A stretch of DNA of 64,000 nucleotides, taken from the NCBI RefSeq assembly GCF_000142905.1, contig NW_013657653.1:228392-292391 (forward strand), read 5' to 3'. Under the pieces are notes generated by a model that did no database searches, was not told the origin of the DNA, and was given only the letters and a program-made list of their open reading frames with translations. This stretch comes from Thecamonas trahens ATCC 50062. Its lineage: Eukaryota; Protista; Apusomonadida. The translations under genes were made by a program, and so were the position numbers. Below, in pieces: positions 29,738 to 40,147 of this stretch. Position 1 is the stretch's first letter; every line of letters begins with the position of its first letter.

Positions 29738-31421
29738 ATGGCCGACAGTGCGGTGCAGGTAAGCACCTTCTCACCCCCTCCACCTCCTCCACCCCTTCCA
29801 CCCTCTCCACCCCCTCCTCCCCTCTCCCCCTACCCTTCCCTACCCCCATCACCTCCCACCCCCCCGCCATGTCCATGGTCTGGTGCAGGTAGGGAAGGCC
29901 ACTGTCGGCGAAAGAGGCGGTCACCTTCCGACGGTAACCATTTTTTGCCTGTTGGCTTGGGAAAGGGGGGGGGGGGGACCAAGGGGGGGGGGGGGTAGGG
30001 AAAAGACAGAGGTATAGAGAGGGTGACTCACAAGAGGGGATGGGGACGGTGGTGATGACCATGGTGGGGGTGGGTTTATGGGACAGACGGAGATTGCTGC
30101 GTTGCAGGAGCAGGTCGCCCGCGACCATGAGGCACTTCGCAAGGCCTCGCTCAACGGGCAGAAGCTGATGATGCTCTGCCTCAAGATGAACCAGAAGCTG
30201 AACCTGATGATGGAGATGGCGAAGAACGCGGTGGAGAGTGTGCCGATGGGCCCGAGTAACGAGGCGGTGGTGGCGGAGCAGCCACTGATGTGCGGGTTTA
30301 TGAACATCAAAGCCAAGAACGAGCGCAACTGGAAGCGGCGGTGGTTTGTCCTCCGCAAGGGTGCGCTGGCGTACTACAACGATCAGAACGCGACGACGCC
30401 CAAAGGCACCATTCCGCTGGCGGTGTGCGTGGTCGACGGGCTCAAGGTCCGCGACAACATGCAGCGGCCGTGCATGGCGCTGGTGGTCGAGGGCCGGACC
30501 CTGTACTGCGAGGCCGAGACCAAGAAAGACAACGTGGCGTGGTTCCTCGCCATCAACTGCATGCAGCAGCAGCTCGACTACTCGCGCAAGCTCGAGGCGC
30601 AGGGCATTGAGCCGGACACCCGCATCTTGGCCTTCTTTGACCATCCGCTGCGGACAGAGCTCGCCCTCGACGACGTAAGCCTCTCGGTGGAGGCCATCAC
30701 GTCGATGGAGTCGACGATCCGGTTCCACTCGGCGCTGGTCTCGCTCTCGATGCAGTCTGCGGCGCTGCGCGACGAGCACGTTGAGTCGCTGGCGCGTGCG
30801 TTGTCGGGCAACAAGTTCCTGCAGACGGTCCGGCTCGGCTCGAACGACCTTGGCCCGGCGGCGGCGGCGTCACTGGCGGTGGCGCTGGAGAAGAACGCGG
30901 TCATCACCGAGCTCAACCTTGCGGGCAACCACATTGGCGACGACGGCGTGCTTGCGCTGGCAAATGCACTCGGCTCGCGGCCGCCGCTCGCAGTGCTGGA
31001 CCTCTCGGACAACGAGGTTACCGACGAGGGCTTTGCGCACTTTGTCGACACGCTTGTGACCGAGTCGTACCCGCTGCCGGCGCTGGAGTTTTCGTCAAAC
31101 GCCATCACGTCGGCCGGCGTGGTCGGCTCGCTGGTGCCTGCGCTCGGCGCGCTCCCGTCGCTCACCCGCGTTGCCCTCGCATCCAACGCCGTCGACGACG
31201 CCGGCGTCGCTGCCATCCTCGGCGCGCTGCCATCGTCGTCGCTCCGCGAGCTGGTCCTGTCTAACAACCCGTACGCACACGAGCAGCACGTCGAGGCCCT
31301 CCTCGCCTCCCTCCTCGCCACGTCGTCCCTGGTTCTCATCGACATGGTTCCGGTCGTCCTCGACGAGCAGAGCATCGCCACGCTCCGCCTCCTCCGCGAC
31401 AACGACGCGCTCGCGCTTTGA
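29738..31421 (+). CDS. Coiled-coil + PH domain + RNI-like leucine-rich-repeat protein; intron 29759..30086
   Basis: PH domain CGFMNIK...NWKRRWFVLR...PKGTIPL...WFLAIN; LRRs LNLAGNHIGDDGVLALA and LDLSDNEVTDEG; exon 1 MADSAVQ|GTAAGC. Confidence 0.88.
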
Positions 31422-31469
31422 ACAAACACCTCCCTCTACGCCTGGCTGGCCCTTCATTCGCTGCGCCTG

Positions 31470-32426
31470 CTACATGTACTCGGCAAGATCGTCGCTCTCA
31501 GAGCCGCTCTGGTCGTCGTCGGACGACGAGACCGATGGCGGAGTGACGGCGACGGCGTCGACGATGGCGTCGTCGCCAGAGTCGTCTGCAGTGACCAGGT
31601 CCTCCATGATGAGCAGCGAGAGGAGTGCGTCGATGGGCAGCGGGAGATCGACCATGGGATTGACGGCAAAGTCGATGTACAGAATGACGCGGTCAGAGGC
31701 CGCCCAGTTCCAGGCCGAGTGGCGGTAGGTGTCGTCGAAAACGACGGCGTCGCCGACGGCGCGCCACTCGTGGAGCAGCGGGCCGACGCGGAGGCCGGTG
31801 GCGACGAGCGAGCCGTCTGCGCGGTACTGGTCGGCAAGCGGGTCGGCGATGGCGGCCGAATCCGGCTCTGGCACGACGATGGACATGTGGAAGGCGAGCG
31901 AGCCAAAGCGGAGGCCGGTAAAGCCGACGTGCGGCTTGATCTGCGTCCGCGGGCGGAGGCGCGAGAAGCCTGCGACGCGGATGGAGGGGATGCGGTCAAG
32001 CATGGCGGCGGTGCGCGGGCAGGCGGCACAGTTTGCCTCGACGCGCTCGCCGTGAGCCGGAATAAAGCCGTAGGCGAGCCAGTCCGGGTTGGTCTCGTCG
32101 GGCGCCACGTTGTTCCACCACGAGGCCCAGCCGCCTTGGACTGCCACGGCGTCGGCAATCGACTTGAACGACTCATCGCCGGCCCAGCCCGAGTAGTTGC
32201 CATCGAGGGCAAAGACGGGATCGGCCGCCTCGGGCCGCATCACACTCGCCAGCTCGGCAGCCACCACGTCCGCGTTGGCCCGCAGGTCGTCAAAGATGGA
32301 AAACATGTTGGCATCAAACATGTGTGGGCCCTGCAGGCTCTCCGCCGCGCACCCGGCGCACGAGCACGCTGGCGGCCTGAGCTCCCACCCTTTCGGCGGC
32401 CCACGTCCCTGCCTCCCCGACGACAT
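31470..32426 (-). CDS. Aspartyl/asparaginyl beta-hydroxylase-domain 2OG-Fe(II) oxygenase
   Basis: CPRTAAML, AGFSRLRPRTQIKPHVG, FHMSIVVP and W..GDAVVFDDTYRHSAWN...DRVILYIDF. Confidence 0.88.
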   Translation of the reverse strand: MSSGRQGRGPPKGWELRPPACSCAGCAAESLQGPHMFDANMFSIFDDLRANADVVAAELASVMRPEAADPVFALDGNYSGWAGDESFKSIADAVAVQGGWASWWNNVAPDETNPDWLAYGFIPAHGERVEANCAACPRTAAMLDRIPSIRVAGFSRLRPRTQIKPHVGFTGLRFGSLAFHMSIVVPEPDSAAIADPLADQYRADGSLVATGLRVGPLLHEWRAVGDAVVFDDTYRHSAWNWAASDRVILYIDFAVNPMVDLPLPIDALLSLLIMEDLVTADDSGDDAIVDAVAVTPPSVSSSDDDQSGSESDDLAEYM

Positions 32427-32764
32427 AGTGGCGGAGAGTGTGGGGTGAGCGGGGTTGAGTGTTGTTGTGCTGTCTCGTGTGCGTGAGCGGGGGTGGAGTG
32501 GTGTGGTGCCGTGTGGTGGCTTTGCCGGGAACGACAGGGGGCTGAGGGGCCTTGTCAGGTGGTTCGCCCACGCGGCAGGTGGGGGGGGGGGGGGTGCTGA
32601 TCGGCTGCAATTCACTAGAGGCCACGACTGCGGCTGGTTGTTCGGCAGCTGCAGCGGCAGCGGTAGCTGTGGTGGTGGTGGTGGTGGTGGTGGTGGTGGT
32701 GGTCCTGGGCGGCAGAGGCTTGATCGCGCAGCGGTCGAGCGTGGTCGTACCAGGCGTGGCTCGG

Positions 32765-34618
32765 CTACAGGCGAGACACCATCGACTGGGCTCGGGAAGT
32801 GCCGGCTGCGCCACGCATAGAGGCGTTGGTCAAACCGTAGGGGAGAAGTGGCTCGTCGGCAATAAAGGTGTAGGCGGCGGCGGCATCGGCGGGTGCATCG
32901 GTGGTGGCGGCGTGGTGGAGAAGGAGGCCAGCCAGGAGAGTGCGGGCAAGGCCAAAGGAAAAGAGACGAGAGTCGGGTGGCGTGAGGGAAGCGCCGAGAC
33001 TGACCAGCTTGTTGGCGGCAGCAGTGACGAGGGCGGCGAGTGGGGCGAGATCGGTGGCGGAGGCCGGGGCTGGCGATGCGGTGGCAACCTTGCCGGCCAG
33101 CCACTCGATCTGTGCGGCCAGGAGCGGGAGGACGGCGGGGTTCTTGGTCAGCACACGCAGCGTGTCGAGGGCGAGGACGTTCGAGGTGCCCTCCCAAATG
33201 GCATTGACAAAGTTGTCGCGGAAGACCCGCGGCAGGCCGGTGTCCTCCATGTACCCGGCGCCGCCCATGCCCTCGAGCGCGTCGAGCATGCCGGCGTTGG
33301 CGAGGCGGGCGCCGTACATCTTGCACAGCGGGGTGACAATGCGTAGCAGGTCCTCGCCAGACTCAGCATCCAGGCGCGGCAGGAGCCACGAGCTGGCATC
33401 GTCTGCCGGCAGCGGGAGCGCGTCGACCTCGACCGCGCCGAGGAGATCGCTCACAAAGACGGTGAGGAGCGAGAGCGCCGACGACACAGCCAGGTTGCGC
33501 GAGAGTGTGACAACATGCAGGTCATGCTGCAGCAGCGTCTTGCCAAACGCGCGTCGCTTGGTCGAGTAGTCGAGAAGGACGGCGTTGAGGTAGGCAAGTC
33601 CCGAAGTCGAGCCGATGAGGGCGTGGATCCGGGTGAGGTTGAATAGGAGCGAGATGAGCTTGATGCCGTGACCGGGCCTGCCAATGAGCGTCGCCCGTAG
33701 GCCGCGGAGCTCCAGCTCGGCTGTCGGCAGCGACTTGGTGCCAAACTTCTCCTTGAGCCGAGCCACCCGGAGGGAGCCGTTAGCGATGTTCGCTTTCGCG
33801 TCGACGGCCACAAGGAAGAGCGACGGCTGCGGCGGGCGGGCACCGGCCGGCTGCGCCGCGTGCGGATCGTCGGCGGCGTCGTCCACAATGTGGCCGAGGG
33901 TAAACGCCAGCTCGGCAGTCGCTGCCGAGGTGAAGAACTTGTAGCCGTGCAGCGCGTAGTGCCCGGCGTCGTCGAGGGCGACGGCCACGGTCTCGCACGC
34001 GCGCACGTCGGATCCACCGGTCCGCTCGGTCATCCACTGGCCGGCACTGGCGCCGCCATCGCCTGGGCCGAGCAACGCCTCGTACGCCTGGTGCAGCTCG
34101 TCCTCGGCGGCGCCTGTGAGGCCGAAACCAGCCGGATCGGCCAGCAGCGTCTCGGCCAGCCGCGCCGCGCCATCGGACATGGCCAGTGGGCACGAGACCA
34201 TGCCCGATGCCGGCGCAAAGACATACAGCATGGCAGCTTGGACCACGCGGGCGTGGCGGCCAAAGACAGCGCGGCCAGGCCCGTAGCCCGTGGCGATGAG
34301 GCCCTCGTCACGGGCAGCCGCCGAGAGCAGCTCCCACGCCGGATCGACAGCGACAGCCGATGCGTCGGTGCCAAAGCCGTCAGCGCGGACCAGGCGCGGC
34401 AAGGCACCGGCCTCGGCCACGGTAGCCAGATGATCGGCCGCCACTGCGTACTCGCCACCCGGGCGGGCACAGCGGGCAGCGAGGGCGTCAAGCCAGGCGT
34501 GGGCTGTCACCGCTTTGTCGGCCGGCAGGACCGCATCGAGGATGCCCGGCAGCGGCGAGGCCCTGTACGGGTTGTCTGCCACTGATGGCGGCGTCTGGAC
34601 AAAGTACTGTTTGTGCAT
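32765..34618 (-). CDS. Acyl-CoA dehydrogenase, AidB/ACDH-11-like
   Basis: CPLAMSDGA, GQWMTERTGGSDV, GYKFFTSA, RLKEKFGTKSLPTAELEL, RRAFGK and GGAGYMEDTGLPR...IWEGTSNVLALD. Confidence 0.92.
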   Translation of the reverse strand: MHKQYFVQTPPSVADNPYRASPLPGILDAVLPADKAVTAHAWLDALAARCARPGGEYAVAADHLATVAEAGALPRLVRADGFGTDASAVAVDPAWELLSAAARDEGLIATGYGPGRAVFGRHARVVQAAMLYVFAPASGMVSCPLAMSDGAARLAETLLADPAGFGLTGAAEDELHQAYEALLGPGDGGASAGQWMTERTGGSDVRACETVAVALDDAGHYALHGYKFFTSAATAELAFTLGHIVDDAADDPHAAQPAGARPPQPSLFLVAVDAKANIANGSLRVARLKEKFGTKSLPTAELELRGLRATLIGRPGHGIKLISLLFNLTRIHALIGSTSGLAYLNAVLLDYSTKRRAFGKTLLQHDLHVVTLSRNLAVSSALSLLTVFVSDLLGAVEVDALPLPADDASSWLLPRLDAESGEDLLRIVTPLCKMYGARLANAGMLDALEGMGGAGYMEDTGLPRVFRDNFVNAIWEGTSNVLALDTLRVLTKNPAVLPLLAAQIEWLAGKVATASPAPASATDLAPLAALVTAAANKLVSLGASLTPPDSRLFSFGLARTLLAGLLLHHAATTDAPADAAAAYTFIADEPLLPYGLTNASMRGAAGTSRAQSMVSRL

Positions 34619-34626
34619 GAGTCAAG

Positions 34627-34648
34627 TGTATGTGTGTGTATGTATGTA

Positions 34649-34692
<44 letters not shown>
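34627..34692. repeat. (GT)n microsatellite immediately upstream of the acyl-CoA dehydrogenase start
   Basis: Direct observation. Confidence 0.95.
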
Positions 34693-34693
<1 letters not shown>

Positions 34694-35061
34694 TGAAGGT
34701 GCTATGGGCTCATCGACGGCAGTCGCAGTCGTTGTCGCTGCCAAGGTCTCAATCATGGCCATCATCATGATCATGATCAGTACACTCCAGCAACAGCCTC
34801 GCCGAGGGACGATCCTTGCCCCATCGCAGGCCCCTATTCGTCTTGGGAGCATGATCAACAATTGCATCCCCCCAGAGCGAACTGGCCATCAATATCAATC
34901 CCCACAGGCCCCCCTCTCCCCCCCCCCCCCCGCCCCCGTCACTCGATCCGGATCCTCCGCCATCACCATCACCATCACCGACAGGGCACAGAGGGGGGCA
35001 CAGGGGGGGGGGGGGGGGTGGGAGAGGAGGGTCTAGGTCACCTCTCGCTGTACATCCCTCC

Positions 35062-35707
35062 ATGTCTGCACAAGCTCCTGCTGTTGTCTACGCATACCTC
35101 AAGGCCCAGGGTTGGGACAAGGCCGCCAAGGCCATGGCCAAGGCCTCTTCGGTGGTACGGGCCAATGACCGGTCCCCTCCCCTATCCCCCCCATCCCACC
35201 TGCCCGCCCCCCCCCCTCCCCTCCAACTCACCCCCCTCCCCCTATCTGCCATCGGATGCCCATCGCAGGACACTGGGTCGGTTAATGGCTCGACTCCATC
35301 GCTGGAGAAGGCGCTGGAGGTCATGGCTGTCTTTGAGGCTGCATACGATGCCCAGAAGGCTGCTACGCCCAAGAAGGCAAAGGCTGACGCAAAGGGCTCG
35401 TCGTCGTCATCGTCGTCGTCGTCGTCCTCCTCATCGTCGTCGTCGTCGTCGTCGTCGTCGTCGGCATCGCAGGCTACTACGGCCAAGGCTGCCAAGGCGG
35501 CGGCGTCGTCGTCTTCGTCGTCGTCCGATGCCGACGACGATGCGGCTGCATCGTCTTCATCGTCGTCGTCGTCATCGTCGTCGTCGGCGGCGGCGCCTTC
35601 AAAGTCTGCACCGGTGGCTGATGCCGACGCCTCTGCGGGCGCGGATGCCTCGGGCAAGTCGTCGAACAAGCGCAAGCGCTCGTCATCGTCGTCGTCGTCA
35701 TCGTCTG

Positions 35708-35801
<94 letters not shown>

Positions 35802-36129
35802 CTCGATGGCGCAGCCAGCCAAGAAGAAGAAGCTGAACAACTCGACAGCCAAGCCGATGGCGGGCAAGGGCGGGCCGCGGGCGCCGTCCACGCCGTTCAA
35901 GCGGGTCGACGACTCGCTCATCTACACGGTGCCCGAAGCGCTGCGCGACAACTCATACACCGGCCCGCACGGCGGTGACTCGTACGGTGCGCGCGCGTTT
36001 GAGGAGATGGTCCACACCCGTGGCAAGGGCTTTACCAAGGTCAAGAACAAGCGCAAGAACTCGTACCGCGGCGGCAACATCAACTCGGCCTCGGTCAACT
36101 CGTACATCTTCTCCGACTCGGACGATTGA
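35062..36129 (+). CDS. SRP40: Srp40/Nopp140-like nucleolar phosphoprotein; in-frame intron 35155..35268
   Basis: LisH-like VVYAYLKAQGWDKAAKA; alternating poly-Ser and Lys/Ala tracts; SRP40_C domain PFKRVD...DNSY...YGARA...TRGKGFTKVKNKRKNSYRGG.I...VNSY.F. Confidence 0.9.
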
Positions 36130-36149
36130 ACACCTACCGTGCCGTACCA

Positions 36150-37031
36150 TCAGCAGATGCACCCACTGGGAACATCGTACGAGACGCCAGCCCGGGGCGA
36201 CGGCGCGTAACTGGTAAAGACGAGCGAGACGCCACCGACCGGGGTCGACTCGATCATCCACAGTGGATTCCCGCCCCAGCAGAACAACAGCCGCGCCTCC
36301 GCGCTAATCTCGTACACATACAGCGTTGCCGAGCCACGTGGCTGGCGGCGTGGCCGGTGACGCGCGTTTGCTCGCGCCACGGCGGCATCTGCCAGCGTAC
36401 GCATCGCTTCCGGACTCGACGGCGGGGCGGCCGGACACAGACCGGCCTCGCGGGCGTCTGCCATCCGTGCAAGAAGGTTCGGCGGCGTGGTGGAGCAATG
36501 CACGTTGCCCGATCCCGCACACAGCCGGCCATGGAGGCAGCGGGCTGTGCACGAGCCACCGCTGTCGTAAGACACCTCGGACGATGCGTTGCGGGCAAAG
36601 AGCACAGTGGCCTGGTTCGGACACGGCTGCGGCTGCGAGCTGCTGCACTCGATGGAGACCGAGTTGCTGTCGAGGAGCGAGTACCAGAACGTCGAGCTGC
36701 CCGATGCCAGAGCCTTGGTCGGCGCCGATGGCCACGACCCATTCGCCATCACTTGCATCGAGTATGAATGCGGAACAATGGGCTGTGATGGATGGATGGA
36801 TGTGTGTGAGGGGGNNNNNNNNNNNNNNNNNNNNNNNNNNNNNNNNNNNNNNNNNNNNNNNNNNNNNNNNNNNNNNNNNNNNNNNNNNNNNNNNNNNNNN
36901 NNNNNNNNNNNNNNGTACATATCACGAAACGGGGGGGGGAGAGGAAGGGGAGGGGAGGCGGGGCGTACGCGGGCGTGTGCGGCAGTGGCGATGGCCAGCA
37001 GGGCCAGGAGGACGGGAAGGAGGGGATGCAT
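36150..37031 (-). CDS. Secreted cysteine-containing protein (possibly ependymin-related fold); intron 36783..36968 contains a gap
   Basis: Signal peptide MHPLLPVLLALLAIATAAHA; N-glycosylation sequons; beta-rich; ends YDVPSGCIC. Confidence 0.6.
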   Translation of the reverse strand: MHPLLPVLLALLAIATAAHARVRPASPPLPLPPPFRDMYXXXXXXXXXXXXXXXXXXXXXXXXXXXXXXXXXXPSHTSIHPSQPIVPHSYSMQVMANGSWPSAPTKALASGSSTFWYSLLDSNSVSIECSSSQPQPCPNQATVLFARNASSEVSYDSGGSCTARCLHGRLCAGSGNVHCSTTPPNLLARMADAREAGLCPAAPPSSPEAMRTLADAAVARANARHRPRRQPRGSATLYVYEISAEARLLFCWGGNPLWMIESTPVGGVSLVFTSYAPSPRAGVSYDVPSGCIC

Positions 37032-37286
37032 GTGTTAGCGAGGCGTGGGGTGGAGTGGATTCAGCTGTGGCTGCTGTGGCCGTGGCTGTGGTTGTGGCTG
37101 TGGCTGTGGCTGGTGTGGTGTGGCGGGTGTGCATGCAGGAGGAAAATGGAAGAATGTGGCGTGTTTTTCTTGTTTTCTTTGCCGTTTTTGTCTTTGCTGT
37201 CATCGGCGTGGATGCTCTGCTCAACATACTCATTTCCCACACCCACCATGCTGGACACAACGAGAGGTAGAGGCGGTGTGATTGCT

Positions 37287-39263
37287 TTACAGTGAGCCGC
37301 CAGCAGCAGATGAGGCGGCGCGGTGCGAGTCGGAAGTAGACGAGTAGACGACGGCGGACGAAGACGAGTACGACGAGGCGGATGAGGACGAGGAGCAAGC
37401 GTGATGGTTGCTGCGTTGACTGGTGGAGCCGTCAGGGCGGTCGGCATGGCCGGGACTATTCAGCTCGTTGGTGCTCTCGCTGCTGGCGCCGCCATCGCTG
37501 GTCTCCTCTTCGACAATGGTGAACAAGGCGGCCAACGAGTCGTCTTCGACGCCGCGATCGTCGCTCTCTTCGTAGACAGTGTTGAGGCGGGAAAACGCGT
37601 GGGTGAGACCAGCCATGGAGGCCGGCGAGTCACTGTCCGAGTCGGTGGAGAAAGCGTCGTTCTCGGCGAGGCTGATGGACGCGCCGAGCGACTCGTCATC
37701 GCAGACAGAGAGCTGATGGGCGAGTGCTGCGACGTGGGGCAACGAGACCGAGTTGAGCGAGAGTGAGGAGAGCATGGCGGTCGACGAGAGGTTGAGTGAG
37801 GCTGTGGTGGCGGAAAAGGTGACCGACGAGTGGGAACCGGCCGACAGCTCTGACGAGGCCTCGTCGTGCTCGACGAGGTAGGCGGCGGCGCGCAGGTCCG
37901 AGTCGGAAGTCCAGCGCGACGATGCGGACGAGGCTTCCGACGAGGCCGACGAGACTTCCGAGGCCTCCGAGGCCAATGTTGACGACAACGTCTGCGCCTC
38001 GAGAGCAAGGTAGTTCTTCAGCTGCTGCTCGGCAACGCCAGCGAGCCTGATGATGCTGCGGGAGAAGAGGTAGAGGCGCTTGAGCAGGGCAAAGTCGCGC
38101 GTGTCCATGCCGGTCTCGCGGGCGCGCGCAAACTCGAGCTGCTCCTCGCGGGTCATATCGCGGAGGCGCTTGCCGCGCAGGTTGACCGGGACCCAGGCCT
38201 GCGGCGCACCGTTGTCGTCGACGTACATGGAGGCGATTCGCGAGCGCGCTTGCGCCACTTGGCGGGCGGCGAGGTGGATGAAAGTGACGAGCTCACTCTT
38301 GGTCAGCTGCTTGACTTGGTTCACGTTGAGCAGGAGCGGGGCGTTGTCGTCGAGGCTGTCAAGCACAGTGCCGACTGATGACGAGAGCCGCGACGGGCCA
38401 TCGATCGAGGCCTGGCCAGACGAGGCTAGTTCGTCGAGCATGCTTTGGGTGGCTTCGGGCAGCGAGGCACGCGACGAGAGCGAATCTGACGACGACGTTG
38501 TCGACTCGGTAGTCAAGTGGACGGCTGAAGTGGAGGCTACGGTCTTGCGGCGCATCCTGCGGCGGCGGCGGCGGGGGTTGAACGAGGGCCTGGCAAGATC
38601 GATGGCTTCGGTGGTGACTTTGTGCTTGTGGCGCCAGTACTTGGCCTTGCGGACGGCGTACTCGGCAGGCGAGAGCCGCTTCTTGCGGTACTTTTTGTAC
38701 TGCGAGCGTTCAAACTCGTCGAGCTGAGCCTTGGTCTTGCCGCGGAGCGAGGCCGGCTTCCAAGCCTCGTACCCGGAGCTCGAGCTTGAGCTTGATCGTG
38801 CGCGGGCCTTGGGGGAGACGCAGGCCTGAGCGGGAACAGGGAACATCTTGGGCTCGACCGAGACGGCGCGCGTCGACGACGAGTGCGACGAAGTGGCCTT
38901 GGGCGAGGCGGAGAGACCGACCGATGCGGCACGGGCGTGATGCGACGGTGGGCTGATGCAGTTGTGCGTAGAGACCGGGACTGCAACTGCGACCGGGATG
39001 GGCACGTACATGATCTGCGACGCGGCCGCAGCTTTAGCAGCGCGAGCAGATGCGGCGAGGGCAAGCGCGTGGTGCTCGCGGGCGTGCATGACGCGGATGA
39101 CGCGGACGAGATCTTCATGCGAGGCAGCAAGGAGTGCCTGCTCGTGCAAATCTTCGCTGGCCGCAGCAGGGCTAGGGTGGGCGTCCGGGGTGCGCGAGCC
39201 GGATGGCGAGCGCGGGTGCGAGCGCGAGCGCGCCGAGGGAGACGGCCGTGTGTCGTCGGTCAT
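37287..39263 (-). CDS. Hypothetical Ser-rich protein with a duplicated 43-aa motif
   Basis: 658-aa ORF with strong GC3 bias; internal repeat AWxPxxLRGK. Confidence 0.75.
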   Translation of the reverse strand: MTDDTRPSPSARSRSHPRSPSGSRTPDAHPSPAAASEDLHEQALLAASHEDLVRVIRVMHAREHHALALAASARAAKAAAASQIMYVPIPVAVAVPVSTHNCISPPSHHARAASVGLSASPKATSSHSSSTRAVSVEPKMFPVPAQACVSPKARARSSSSSSSGYEAWKPASLRGKTKAQLDEFERSQYKKYRKKRLSPAEYAVRKAKYWRHKHKVTTEAIDLARPSFNPRRRRRRMRRKTVASTSAVHLTTESTTSSSDSLSSRASLPEATQSMLDELASSGQASIDGPSRLSSSVGTVLDSLDDNAPLLLNVNQVKQLTKSELVTFIHLAARQVAQARSRIASMYVDDNGAPQAWVPVNLRGKRLRDMTREEQLEFARARETGMDTRDFALLKRLYLFSRSIIRLAGVAEQQLKNYLALEAQTLSSTLASEASEVSSASSEASSASSRWTSDSDLRAAAYLVEHDEASSELSAGSHSSVTFSATTASLNLSSTAMLSSLSLNSVSLPHVAALAHQLSVCDDESLGASISLAENDAFSTDSDSDSPASMAGLTHAFSRLNTVYEESDDRGVEDDSLAALFTIVEEETSDGGASSESTNELNSPGHADRPDGSTSQRSNHHACSSSSSASSYSSSSAVVYSSTSDSHRAASSAAGGSL

Positions 39264-39770
39264 GGACGGGGGTGCGAGTCAGGGCAGGCGCCAGCAGCGA
39301 GTTTGTGTCTGGTGGGCAGCGGCGGGGACTTCAAGTGAGATGAGTATGGTGGGCAAGGGAGACAAGGCAGGTGTGGACATTGGACCGCAAGTGGACCATC
39401 CTCACGTTTGTCCCCACCCTTCATCGGGTTAATGTGAGCCTATCAGGTCGGCGGCCAACGTTTGCAGGGCGTTGACTCGGACGGGTGCGAACGTACTCAG
39501 GTCAAGGCAGAGGGGATGGCACTCGGTGCGCAGGCGAGTCCAACACGAGTGAGCAAGTGAAGTAGGTGTGCGCGTATGTAGCCAGTGTCGACCAAGGGGC
39601 GCACTTGGAGTATGTGCTTGGCAAGGAGAGACGTGACTCGAGCTCAGGCACGCAATGTGGCACACGCCCTCCGCCGCCACGGTGGTGATAACGCGTTTTT
39701 GGTCTTCGCTTTGAGTGTCGGTCAAAACCAACAATGAGCCGCATTTCCCCACCCGCCCGTGACCGGTGAA

Positions 39771-39845
39771 GTAATTGGCGGTAATTGGCGAGATTGGCAA
39801 GGTAAAACCACCGTTTGTTCCGTGAGGGGCATGAACCGGATTGGG
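39771..39845. promoter_or_regulatory. Cluster of ATTGG (CCAAT-box) motifs in a divergent promoter
   Basis: gtaATTGGcg gtaATTGGcg agATTGGca at 10-bp spacing, plus another ATTGG at ~39840. Confidence 0.4.
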
Positions 39846-40147
39846 TTGAGAAAATAGCCGCATGTGGACCAAAATATTTCTGCGTTTCGTGTTGGTGTTT
39901 GTGGCGAGCGTGGATGGGTTGGTCTCTCTCCCCCCGGCGGTTGGCTCACCGCCACACTCTGTGGAATTCGTACAGGCGCCCACCGACCATCACGTCCCAC
40001 GTAGCTGGACGTCAAAGCCGAGACCAACCACCTCTCGCTTCTCGCTCTTTACCACTCAGCCTTTCATACCCTCCAGCAGTTCACTTTCACCCTCACCGCC
40101 TCGCCTCTGTCCCCGCCTCGCCGCACCCAGTCGACTCCGCGCGCGCC

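Noticed and set aside
35398-35805. (TCG)n and (GGCTCT)n arrays as independent repeats, or the antisense poly-Asp ORF as a gene
   Set aside because: Explained as the poly-Ser/SG tracts of Srp40/Nopp140.
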